Shown here piece after piece: positions 34,813-44,030 of a stretch of 47,731 nt of DNA; within the stretch, counting starts at the first letter, position 1; each line of letters opens with the position of its first letter. The translations under genes were made by a program, and so were the position numbers. The notes under the pieces were generated by a model. It worked only from the letters and a program-made list of their open reading frames with translations, was not told the origin of the DNA and ran no database searches. The DNA comes from an uncultured Gammaproteobacteria bacterium (GTDB lineage: Bacteria > Patescibacteriota > Patescibacteriia > Patescibacteriales > UBA12465), in contig CAYURA010000001.1 of NCBI GenBank assembly GCA_964446775.1, forward strand, positions 1-47,731. Reading direction: 5' to 3'.

Positions 34813-36225
34813 TTAAACTATTTTCTTTAATTCCTCTCTTATTACTTCCCGATCATCCCAAGCTATCTTTCTATTATTAGCCACACAAATAAATTGTTCC
34901 GCTCCTTTACCCGTTATAAGTAATAGGTCCCCTGGTTTAGCTAGAATTAAAGCTTTTTTAATAGCCTCTCGTCGATCTAAGATTTTGAATAAATTAACAT
35001 TTAATGTCTTTCCTTCATTTTCTGCTCCAGCCGCTACTTGGTCAATAATTTCCTGAGGATCATCATCATATGGATCCTCATCGGTGATAATAACTATATC
35101 TGCCCTCGAACCAGCCATGCTCCCCAAAATAGACCGCCTAGCTATATCTCTTCCGCCCCCACAAGATCCGAAAACATGGATCAAACGATTATGGGGAATG
35201 AGTTGTAAGTTGTCATACAAAGAAGCCATTGCTTTGGGCTCAAAGGCATAATCAACCATAACTGTAAATTTTTGTTTTTCTTCAATTTTTTCCATTTTTC
35301 CAGGCAATGACTGAATCTTAGTTAAAGACTCAACTAGGGCCTGAGAATCAACTTCTAGTTCACGTGCAATACTTAAAGCAGCTACTGAATTAATTATATT
35401 ATATGAGCCCAAGAGAGCTAAGTGATAGCGATAATCTTCATAAATAAAATCAGAACCTTCAGCTCCAGAAAATAATTTTTCAAATTTAACAATTCTAGGC
35501 AAAAACTTAATTGCTTCTTCTCCATCTAACCACTCTCTCTCTTGCCTAAGATTTAAATCAATATAAGCTATCCTTTTCTCCGCCCAAAATGATAAATAGT
35601 ATGGAGCATATTCATCATCACCATTAACAATAGTTGTTTTTTTAAGCTTTCTAAGTTCTGTCTTTTGTAAAGAGCTAGGTTTTAATACCACTCTATTATC
35701 ATTGTTAATATATTTAGTCTTACATCTTTTTAAATGAGAAAATAGCCTCCCTTTAGCTTCTTTATAATTAAGGAAGCCACCATGAGCTTCAATATGTTCA
35801 GGGTAGAGATTGGTATAGAGGAGAATGTCGTAATCAATAAACCGATGTCGATATTGTTCTATCCCTTGGGAAGTAGTTTCAATAATAGCTACTTGGCAAC
35901 CATTTTTAAACATGCGGCTTAAATGCTGTTGTAGAAAAAAACGCCCAGGCATTGTCATCTTTCTATCATTTAACCATTCTTTCCGACCATCATTAAATTG
36001 AGTAGTGGAGCTATAGCCAGACAGATAAGCATTATCAGACAAAAGCTTAGCTAACAAACTGACTGTTGTTGTTTTTCCAGTAGTACCAGTGATACCAATA
36101 ACAATCAATCGCCGACTTGGGAAGCCATAATATAGGGCAGATAGCCAGGCTAATAAAAAATGATAAGGCGGAAGAATTTTGCGCAATAATTTTCTAGGAA
36201 TAAGTTTTTTTATTTTATTTATCAT
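34813..36225 (-). CDS. Mur ligase family protein, MurE-like, lacking the usual N-terminal domain
   Basis: P-loop GITGTTGKTTT at aa 44-54 (only about 40 aa precede it, including the hydrophobic YHFLLAWLSALYYGF). TMPGRFFLQQHL, ETTSQGIEQYR, TNLYPEHIEAHGG and C-terminal ITDEDPYDDDP in place of the MurE DNPR region. Confidence 0.8.
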   Translation of the reverse strand: MINKIKKLIPRKLLRKILPPYHFLLAWLSALYYGFPSRRLIVIGITGTTGKTTTVSLLAKLLSDNAYLSGYSSTTQFNDGRKEWLNDRKMTMPGRFFLQQHLSRMFKNGCQVAIIETTSQGIEQYRHRFIDYDILLYTNLYPEHIEAHGGFLNYKEAKGRLFSHLKRCKTKYINNDNRVVLKPSSLQKTELRKLKKTTIVNGDDEYAPYYLSFWAEKRIAYIDLNLRQEREWLDGEEAIKFLPRIVKFEKLFSGAEGSDFIYEDYRYHLALLGSYNIINSVAALSIARELEVDSQALVESLTKIQSLPGKMEKIEEKQKFTVMVDYAFEPKAMASLYDNLQLIPHNRLIHVFGSCGGGRDIARRSILGSMAGSRADIVIITDEDPYDDDPQEIIDQVAAGAENEGKTLNVNLFKILDRREAIKKALILAKPGDLLLITGKGAEQFICVANNRKIAWDDREVIREELKKIV

Positions 36226-36332
36226 AATATTTATTATAGCAAAAAAAGAAAGATAGAAGAATACTTAAAAATGGACTAAAAACAGACAAATAAATTTTGC
36301 CTGCTTTTTAAAATATGAATTTTACTAATAGA

Positions 36333-38891
36333 TTATTTACTAAAAAACATTCCTCCATCTTCATCATCGAAAACTCTTGGCTCCGGTTTTTCTTTTAATT
36401 TTTCTCCTTTATTACCTTCTTTAATCCCTTCTAGTATCTCAGTTTCACCTTTAATATCGTCTTCTGGGCCATCATCATCAAGTAAAAAAGCTGGCGTACT
36501 CTGATTCGACTCATCTTCAATATCTTCTTTAGAGTCTCTTTCTGCTATCAGACCTCCACTATCTTCTCCTTCTGTATTGCTAGCCCCAGAATCTGAATTA
36601 AAGACTAGAGAGTCATCAGACTCATCTTCTCCTAAATATGAATTAGGCACAGATGCTTCACTCTTTTTATGAACTGGCATTGCGCTAATACTTTGATTTT
36701 GTAAATTTTCAAACTCTTGTTTGCTGATTAATATTTCTCTTGGCTTAGAGCCATTGCTCGGGCCAACAATACCAGCCTCTTCTAACATATCTAAAATTTT
36801 AGCAGCCCGTCCATAACCAATAGATAATCTTCTCTGTAACATTGAGGTTGAAGCCTTACCTGCTTTCATAATTACTTCCTGAGCTTCAGACATTAATTCA
36901 TCTTCATCACCATGCATACCATCCAGTCCAACACCAGCCACGCCTCCAACTTTCTGCCTATCAGTCACCCCTTCTAAATAATCAGCCTCACCACTCTTCT
37001 CTTTAATATAGTTGATAATGTCATTTATCTCCTCATCACTAACATAAGCTCCTTGAATACGTTTTGGTTTTGAAAGTTCAGCAGTAGTTAGGAGCATGTC
37101 TCCTTGACCTAATAATTTTTCGGCTCCACTCATATCTAAAATAGTTTTAGAATCAACCAGCGAGGTTACCGAGAAAGCGATCCGAGCTGGAATATTAGCT
37201 TTAATTAAACCAGTAATTACGTCCACACTGGGCCTTTGAGTGGCCAGAATTAAATGAATGCCAACAGCTCGAGACATTTGGGCTAAACGAATAATAGCAG
37301 CTTCCATTTCTTTACCGCTAGTCATCATAAAATCAGCTAGTTCATCAATAATGAAAAGGATGTAAGGCAGTTTCTCCTCCGGCTTAGTGCTATTATAGCT
37401 CTGGATATTTTTCTTAGCCGATTTATTTAATATATCATATCGTCTGTCCATCTCGTTAAGACACCACTTTAGAGCATTAATAGTCTTAGACACTTCGGTT
37501 ATAACTGGAGTTAATAAATGGGGAATACCGTTGTAAGCAGGTAGCTCTACTCGTTTAGGATCAACCATAATCATTCTTAAATCCTCAGGATTATTTTGAT
37601 ACAACAAAGAAATGATAAGAGTATTTAAGCAAACAGATTTGCCAGAGTTAGTTGCCCCAGCTACCAGCAAATGAGGCATGCGAGTAATGTCATAGATCCA
37701 GGCAGCACCAGAAACATCTTTGCCCAAAGCTATCATCATATTATGTTTACGCGTCTTAAAAACATTATCCTCTAAAATTTCTCTTAACCCCACTATCGCT
37801 TTTGAGCGATTAGGTACCTCTACCCCCACTAAGGACTTGCCGGGGATCGGAGCTTCAATTCTAATCGGATGAGCAGCTAAAGCTAAAGATAAATCATTAT
37901 TCAAAGTTATAATACGCGAAACTTTTACCCCTTCAGCTGGCTTAAAAGTATATTGAGTCACCGTTGGTCCAACCTTAGTTTCTGCCATCTCAACATTAAT
38001 GCCAAAATTCTCTAAGGTGTGTCTAATTTTAGCAGCTCCAGTTTGCGTATCTAAGGCAACTGCTTGACCTGATTTTGAGTTAAGGAGTTCTAAAGGCAAA
38101 TCAATTCTTATCTTCTTTTTAGGCCAGACCATTTTCTCCTGTTGGGTTTTTTGTCTTCTAGAAATCTGAGTATGTACTTTTTTTAACTCTTCCTCATCAA
38201 GCTCATCATCAGGTCCAACTATGTCCTCAATAGCTTTTTCATTAAACGTATTTAAAATAGTTAGTGGCTCTAACACGTCCTCAGATGAGGGTTCAAGCTC
38301 TGCTTTCTGAGAAGAAAATATGCCAGAAAAAGCCGAGCCAATAGTCTTAAAGATATTGCCAATCATGCTTTCTCTACCAATAATCTTTGAAAGTGAAGTA
38401 TTAAAAACAATAACTAAAGCGACTAAAAATAGAGAAAATAAAACGACCACTCCTCCCCAAAAACCAAATAGATAGGAAAAGAGTAAACTAAGATAATAGC
38501 CAACGTAACCACCACCTAGTCCTAATTTAACATTAACTAACCAATTAGCTTGGTCAAAAAAGAAGTGAAACAAAGTCTGATAGGAAATAAAAAGAAGTAT
38601 TAATCCTAAGTAATCACTAAAACGAATTTCAACCGTTTTATTCTTCGCTAGTAATATTCCCCAGAAAAAGAACACTAAAGGCACTAAAAAACGACCAAAA
38701 CCGAAAATAAGAGTCAACCATTTTGATAAAAATATCCCCGCCTGTCCTGAGAGACTAAACAAACCCAAAAGGGATAAAAAAGCAAACACAAAAACGATAA
38801 CAATGCCAATGCTACGCTTAGCTTTTTCATTTAAATGAAAATCTGGTAAATCTTCTATTGGATTATCTTTTTTCTTCTTTTTCCCAGCCAT
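36333..38891 (-). CDS. ftsK: DNA translocase FtsK/SpoIIIE with an acidic C-terminal extension
   Basis: N-terminal TM helices, Walker A GATNSGKSVCLN, Walker B FIIDELAD, gamma winged helix QRRLSIGYGRAAKILDMLEEAGIV, then 130 further acidic residues. Confidence 0.95.
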   Translation of the reverse strand: MAGKKKKKDNPIEDLPDFHLNEKAKRSIGIVIVFVFAFLSLLGLFSLSGQAGIFLSKWLTLIFGFGRFLVPLVFFFWGILLAKNKTVEIRFSDYLGLILLFISYQTLFHFFFDQANWLVNVKLGLGGGYVGYYLSLLFSYLFGFWGGVVVLFSLFLVALVIVFNTSLSKIIGRESMIGNIFKTIGSAFSGIFSSQKAELEPSSEDVLEPLTILNTFNEKAIEDIVGPDDELDEEELKKVHTQISRRQKTQQEKMVWPKKKIRIDLPLELLNSKSGQAVALDTQTGAAKIRHTLENFGINVEMAETKVGPTVTQYTFKPAEGVKVSRIITLNNDLSLALAAHPIRIEAPIPGKSLVGVEVPNRSKAIVGLREILEDNVFKTRKHNMMIALGKDVSGAAWIYDITRMPHLLVAGATNSGKSVCLNTLIISLLYQNNPEDLRMIMVDPKRVELPAYNGIPHLLTPVITEVSKTINALKWCLNEMDRRYDILNKSAKKNIQSYNSTKPEEKLPYILFIIDELADFMMTSGKEMEAAIIRLAQMSRAVGIHLILATQRPSVDVITGLIKANIPARIAFSVTSLVDSKTILDMSGAEKLLGQGDMLLTTAELSKPKRIQGAYVSDEEINDIINYIKEKSGEADYLEGVTDRQKVGGVAGVGLDGMHGDEDELMSEAQEVIMKAGKASTSMLQRRLSIGYGRAAKILDMLEEAGIVGPSNGSKPREILISKQEFENLQNQSISAMPVHKKSEASVPNSYLGEDESDDSLVFNSDSGASNTEGEDSGGLIAERDSKEDIEDESNQSTPAFLLDDDGPEDDIKGETEILEGIKEGNKGEKLKEKPEPRVFDDEDGGMFFSK

Positions 38892-38941
38892 AAAAACAAT
38901 TGCTCCCAGAATTAATTGGCAGCTTTAATAGTTACATCTTT

Positions 38942-38970
38942 ATTATACAAAAAATAGGTCAAAAACTCAA
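38942..38970 (-). promoter_or_regulatory. Candidate promoter for ftsK
   Basis: Minus strand TTGAGT - 17 nt - TATAAT, about 50 nt upstream of the ftsK ATG. Confidence 0.3.
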
Positions 38971-39024
38971 ATACAGATTCAAATATACCTATGTTATAAT
39001 AAACAATAATTAGATAATTTATAT

Positions 39025-40068
39025 TTAATCTTGAGCTCGATGATCATTCTTTATATTCTCAGCTAGAGCAATAAGAGCCTTTTCTGCTTTAACAGGTTCA
39101 GCATCAAACTTAAGTAACCAAAAAGCCGCCGTCCGTACCGCTGTCCAATTATAATAAAGGTCGATACGTTTCTGTAAGACTGGAGTCATCTTTAATTTTC
39201 TCTTTTTTAGGTAGATACTTAAAAATAATTTTTTCATTTTTACAGTAAACTCTAGGCCTAAATCATGACGCTTGATTTTGTACTCCAACTGTTGCATAAA
39301 TGTGCCTAAATCACGCGTGAAGTCGCCTGGACAAAAGTCTGTGAAATCAATCACTCCAATCTTAGTTCGACCAACCGCAATAATATTTTCTGGATGAGCG
39401 TCACCATGAATCAAATGCCTTTCCTTAGTGCTGTTTAAATATTTTTCCTCTTCGTGAATAAATTTCTCATAATGACTGGCAATCTCTTCCACATAAAGAC
39501 CATTAAACCGCTCTCTTATCTCGCTAATAATCATATCTCTACCAGGTACCACATTTCTTAACAAACTATTACTATCAACAAAAATACTTTGATCATCTGG
39601 TAGAGCCAAGGTGTGTAACCGAGCAAAAAGTAAAGCTGATTTTTCTACCATACTAGTAATCTTCTTTTTTTTCTTATTTTTAATAAAATACAAAAGATTA
39701 TGGCCACTGACTGCTCGATAAAAAACGCCATTAAATTCTTCGCTAAAAAACAAAGGCCGAGGGATAACTAATTTTCCTTTAAATAGTCCTGTTTCCCATA
39801 AATAATTAAGTACTTTAAAAACATTCTTTCTAGGCTCTTCACTGTGGGCCGAACAAACAATTTCCATTTCCTCTTCTTTATTAACTTTATTTAAAAAAGT
39901 AAGGCGATAGGAAATAACCACATGATAGGTAGTGGTCCAAATATTTTTTTTATATGACTCAATTTTTAACTTCACTATTTTTTTAAATGGTGGATAAAAT
40001 TGCAAAACATTCTCAGTTAAATAAGCTAAAGCAAAATCTTTATCAAACAATGCACGTATTTTATTCAT
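39025..40068 (-). CDS. APH/choline-kinase-fold phosphotransferase (substrate unknown)
   Basis: Catalytic loop IHGDAHPENII (H-x-D-x4-N) and metal-binding VIDFTDF. 347 aa. Starts 3 nt after the GH57 gene stop. Confidence 0.7.
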   Translation of the reverse strand: MNKIRALFDKDFALAYLTENVLQFYPPFKKIVKLKIESYKKNIWTTTYHVVISYRLTFLNKVNKEEEMEIVCSAHSEEPRKNVFKVLNYLWETGLFKGKLVIPRPLFFSEEFNGVFYRAVSGHNLLYFIKNKKKKKITSMVEKSALLFARLHTLALPDDQSIFVDSNSLLRNVVPGRDMIISEIRERFNGLYVEEIASHYEKFIHEEEKYLNSTKERHLIHGDAHPENIIAVGRTKIGVIDFTDFCPGDFTRDLGTFMQQLEYKIKRHDLGLEFTVKMKKLFLSIYLKKRKLKMTPVLQKRIDLYYNWTAVRTAAFWLLKFDAEPVKAEKALIALAENIKNDHRAQD

Positions 40069-40071
40069 AGA

Positions 40072-41235
40072 TTAATTTTTTTCACTATTACTTCGCCAAT
40101 GATTAGACCAATGGCTTCTCCACAAGTCACGCTGAATGTGATTAATAAGTTTCTCTGCTTTTAATTTAATCACTAAACTATCTTGTGACGATAGCGATCT
40201 AACTGATTTTATTAAATCATTCAAAATTGATTCCACTTCATCAGGATTCCAGGCTACTGGCCCAAAATTGTGAGAGAAATCTGCTCCGCTAGCCCACCAA
40301 AACATACAGCTAGCTAGTCCCCGATCTAAATGCCAACGATATGCTTCATAAGATTTATCATCTGAAAAATCTTTCCCGGCTTGAATAGCTAAAGCTGCTA
40401 AACGCCATAAATCTCGATGAATAATATTTTTAGGATTATTCCAAATAATAAAAGGGCTATTTTTGTCTTTTAGATGATTAGTCTCCCAGGAAGCAGACTT
40501 CAGCTTAAACTTATTAAGACTCTTTTTTTGATTAAGAAATTCAGAAATTGTTGCAGTTTCTAATTTATCTAATCCTATCATTTTCTCTAACTCTCTTGTT
40601 GGATCTTGATGACGCAAACCATATAACTCAGAATCAGTAGCAGTGACTATTAGTTTTGGTAAATTATTATTCAAATCATTGTTTACCAAATCAGGCAAAT
40701 ATGCATTAGAAAAAGATCTACTCCTAACAATAACCTCTAAGCTGCTATTAGTATCGATAACTGCCGCCTCATATTTATCAGAATTGACTGAGGCCTCATC
40801 AACAATAATCCAGGTATAACCTAATCTTTTCACTAACTTAGCTAATTTTGGAGTATAAGCCATTTCGGGGAAAAAGAAACCACCGCCTTTTAAATCAACA
40901 CCTAAAATTTCTTGAGTTAACTCTTCCTGTCGCCTAATTTGATACTCAACTTCAGTGATTGGTAAAAATGGCAAAAAGCCGTGATAGGCAGCAGAGCCGA
41001 CAATCTCTAAACGGCCCTCATTAATTAGATCAATAAAGCTCGTCAACAGATCAATAAAACCTTCATCTTTTAATCGCTCTAAAAGACAGGCGCTGATATT
41101 GGCCGTAAATTTTAATTCTGGATTATCTTTAAGTATAGTAATCAAGCGCCAATAACTTTTTTCTACCGCCTCATTAATACGATAGAGTGAGCTATTTGCT
41201 GGTTGATAAAAATGTAAAAAATTTAACCACATCAT
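40072..41235 (-). CDS. Glycoside hydrolase family 57 protein (alpha-glucan-active)
   Basis: GH57 conserved regions FLHFYQP, RLEIVGSAAYHGFLPFL, FFFPEMAY (nucleophile Glu) and ATDSELYG (acid/base Asp region); 387 aa. Confidence 0.8.
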   Translation of the reverse strand: MMWLNFLHFYQPANSSLYRINEAVEKSYWRLITILKDNPELKFTANISACLLERLKDEGFIDLLTSFIDLINEGRLEIVGSAAYHGFLPFLPITEVEYQIRRQEELTQEILGVDLKGGGFFFPEMAYTPKLAKLVKRLGYTWIIVDEASVNSDKYEAAVIDTNSSLEVIVRSRSFSNAYLPDLVNNDLNNNLPKLIVTATDSELYGLRHQDPTRELEKMIGLDKLETATISEFLNQKKSLNKFKLKSASWETNHLKDKNSPFIIWNNPKNIIHRDLWRLAALAIQAGKDFSDDKSYEAYRWHLDRGLASCMFWWASGADFSHNFGPVAWNPDEVESILNDLIKSVRSLSSQDSLVIKLKAEKLINHIQRDLWRSHWSNHWRSNSEKN

Positions 41236-41238
41236 AAA

Positions 41239-42705
41239 TTATAATTTTTTAGCCCGCCTATATAAGCGGACATATTTTCTAGCAGGGATCTCCCAACTAT
41301 TTGACTGTTGCATAGCTTTCTTAACTAATTTTAACCATGAATCACGATGACGGTAGTTTTCTAAAGCTCTCACAATAACTGCGAATAACTCAAATGGACT
41401 TTCTTTACGAAAGGTAAAACCATTACCACGTTTTGTGCTTGGATTATAGTCATCCACTGTATCAAATAAACCTCCAACCTCACGAACAATCGGGATACAA
41501 CCATAGCGCATAGCGATTAACTGATTAATACCGCACGGCTCATGGATTGATGGTAACAAGATAAAGTCAGATCCAGCATAAATCTGGGTTTCGTATTGTT
41601 GATTAGCCTGATGAGAAGGAATAAAAATTATTTTTTTAGTGTATTTGCGAGCAAATCTAGCTAACTGATGAATATAATCTTTATCGCCAGCACCAATAAT
41701 TATTATCTGTAAATCTAAAGCTAAAATCTCTGGCATAATCTTTAATAACAGAGAAAAGCCCTTTTGAAAAGTAATACGTGAAGTCATGCTAATTAAGGGT
41801 GTATTTTTACTTACTGGCAAACCAAAAAGTTGCTGTAATCTTAACTTATTTTCTACTTTATATTCTAAACTATCATGAGAAAAATTTTTAGCCAAGTCCT
41901 TATCCTTTTCTGGGCTATAGGCAATATAATCAATACCATTAACAATGCCAAATAAACGATCGGAACGATTACGTAGAATGCGATGTAAATCTTGACCAAA
42001 CTTCTTAGTCATTATCTCAACACGATATTGTTCACTAACAGCATTAATAATATCTGCGGATAAAATGGCCCTCTTAGCAAAATTAATATATTCTAGATTT
42101 GGATCACTTAATTTTGGTATGGGGCGACGACCATAATCTTTATGCTCAAATGGCACTTCCCACCAATTATGACCTAGTTGAAATGCCAAATTATGAATAG
42201 TGAAAATTGTTTTTGCATTTTTTAAATTTTTTGAATGCTTAAAATCATGTTTTAAATAATATGGTATCAGTCCCGTCTGCCAATCATGACAATGAACAAT
42301 ATCAGCTTTAAATTCTAACATGGATAATAGCTTCAAAGAAGCTACATTAAAAACTAAAAAGCGTGCATTCTCATGACTAGAACCATAAAGGCGTTTATGT
42401 TGAGAAAAATATTTTTTATTCTCTACAAAGTATACTGGCAAATCATCCATTAAATAACCTTTCCAAAAGCTCACTAATATCTTTTCAGGGCCATCTAGTT
42501 TAAGTTCAATATTCTTAAAAATACATTCCAGATTATGAGCCTTCCTGCTTATCACACGTGAATACAAGGGTGTAATAACGCAAACATCGTGGCCTAGTCT
42601 TTTTAAAGATTTAGGCAAACTTCGAGCTACATCCCCCAAGCCACCTGATTTAGAAAAAGGAGACACTTCAGAAGTAATATGAGCTATTTTTAAAGCATTA
42701 TACAT
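41239..42705 (-). CDS. glgA: Glycogen/starch synthase (GT5)
   Basis: EVSPFSKSGGLGDV N-terminal signature, HCHDWQTGL, PSIHEPCGINQL; 488 aa. Confidence 0.92.
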   Translation of the reverse strand: MYNALKIAHITSEVSPFSKSGGLGDVARSLPKSLKRLGHDVCVITPLYSRVISRKAHNLECIFKNIELKLDGPEKILVSFWKGYLMDDLPVYFVENKKYFSQHKRLYGSSHENARFLVFNVASLKLLSMLEFKADIVHCHDWQTGLIPYYLKHDFKHSKNLKNAKTIFTIHNLAFQLGHNWWEVPFEHKDYGRRPIPKLSDPNLEYINFAKRAILSADIINAVSEQYRVEIMTKKFGQDLHRILRNRSDRLFGIVNGIDYIAYSPEKDKDLAKNFSHDSLEYKVENKLRLQQLFGLPVSKNTPLISMTSRITFQKGFSLLLKIMPEILALDLQIIIIGAGDKDYIHQLARFARKYTKKIIFIPSHQANQQYETQIYAGSDFILLPSIHEPCGINQLIAMRYGCIPIVREVGGLFDTVDDYNPSTKRGNGFTFRKESPFELFAVIVRALENYRHRDSWLKLVKKAMQQSNSWEIPARKYVRLYRRAKKL

Positions 42706-42713
42706 AATTTTTA

Positions 42714-43193
42714 TTAATACAATTGATTATTTGCGGCACAAATTGCTACCGCTAGAGCATCAGCCGCGTCATCAGGTTGCGGGAGCTCTGATAGTGATAA
42801 AATTAATTTAACCATTCTTTGAACTTGTTTTTTAGAAGCACGTCCATAAGCGGTTACTGCTTGCTTCACTTGAGGTGGACTAAAATTCGTAACTTTTAAG
42901 TTAGCTGCACTAAGGGCTAACAAAGCTACCCCTCTTGCCTGACCAACAATAAGAGCGGTCCGGACATTTTTATTAAAAAATAATTGCTCAACCGCAGCTT
43001 CATTAGGTTTATATTCCTTGATCAACCCCATTAACTCCTGATACATGCTCAATAATCTTAATTCTAAACTATCTTTAGAATCTGTTTTAATTGAGCCATA
43101 AGCTAAACAAGTCAAATTACTATTATGAACTTTTATAAAACCATAGCCAGTATCAGCTATTCCTGGGTCAATCCCTAAAACTATCTTAGTCAT
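42714..43193 (-). CDS. ruvC: Holliday junction resolvase RuvC
   Basis: VLGIDPGIADTGYG, AVEQLFF, DDAADALAVAIC (D/E/D/D catalytic set present); 159 aa. Confidence 0.95.
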   Translation of the reverse strand: MTKIVLGIDPGIADTGYGFIKVHNSNLTCLAYGSIKTDSKDSLELRLLSMYQELMGLIKEYKPNEAAVEQLFFNKNVRTALIVGQARGVALLALSAANLKVTNFSPPQVKQAVTAYGRASKKQVQRMVKLILSLSELPQPDDAADALAVAICAANNQLY

Positions 43194-43265
43194 ATAATAT
43201 TAGCTCGAGTCAATCGTTTCTTTACGAGCTTTAAATAATCATTAATTCTCCTCTAGAAAGATAAG

Positions 43266-43988
43266 CTAATCTGATAAGTTTGTATACACTGCACCAACAT
43301 CATCATTATCTTCTAACTCATCTAAGAATTTATCCAGTTTCTCTTGGCCTTCTAAGTCCAGCGCCAGTTTTTCTTTAGCTACATATTCAATTTCAGCTGA
43401 TTCTAAAATTAAATTAAGATCGCTTAAATAGTCCTGCATCTTTTGAAAATCACTTAAAGCTGTATAAATAGTAAGTCCCTCTTCAGCACTAACAATATCT
43501 AAAGCCCCATTATCAATTAAATCTAATTCAATTTCAGCTAAATTTTTATTCTTTGCTATAAGATCTTCTTTAGTTATTAAAATTACTCCCTGTTGCTCAA
43601 AATTCCACATCACAGCCCCAAGTGCTCCGCCATTTTTAGTAAAAACATGACGTATCGTAGCGGCGGTCCGATTGCGATTGTCAGTGATTGTCCTAACAAT
43701 AACTTGAGCGCCACCAGGACCAATCCCTTCATAATATAACTCCTCCATTTGATTGCCTCCTAGTTCACCCGTTCCTTTTTTAATCGCTCGCTCAATATTA
43801 TCTTTAGGCATGCTTAAACTACGAGCCCGATCTATGGCTGACCTTAAAGCTGGATTCATTTCTGGGTCAGCTCCTTGTTTAGCCGCAATAGAAATATTAT
43901 TGGCTAATTTAGTAAACATTGCTCCCCTTTTAGCATCAACTACCGCTTTTTGCCGATGGGTTGTTGCCCACTTAGAATGTCCTGACAT
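43266..43988 (-). CDS. yebC: YebC/PmpR-family transcriptional regulator
   Basis: MSGHSKWATTHRQKAVVDAKRG N-terminus is diagnostic. 240 aa. Conserved pairing with ruvC. Confidence 0.95.
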   Translation of the reverse strand: MSGHSKWATTHRQKAVVDAKRGAMFTKLANNISIAAKQGADPEMNPALRSAIDRARSLSMPKDNIERAIKKGTGELGGNQMEELYYEGIGPGGAQVIVRTITDNRNRTAATIRHVFTKNGGALGAVMWNFEQQGVILITKEDLIAKNKNLAEIELDLIDNGALDIVSAEEGLTIYTALSDFQKMQDYLSDLNLILESAEIEYVAKEKLALDLEGQEKLDKFLDELEDNDDVGAVYTNLSD

Positions 43989-44030
43989 AAATTAATAAAA
44001 TTAATTAATACAAGCCTATCTTAACCCAAA

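Noticed and set aside
43194-43265. Inverted repeat AGCTCG...CGAGCT in the yebC-ruvC spacer as a regulatory site.
   Set aside because: The arms are 6 bp with a 17-nt spacer. It contains a common XhoI-like palindrome and has no supporting conservation information.
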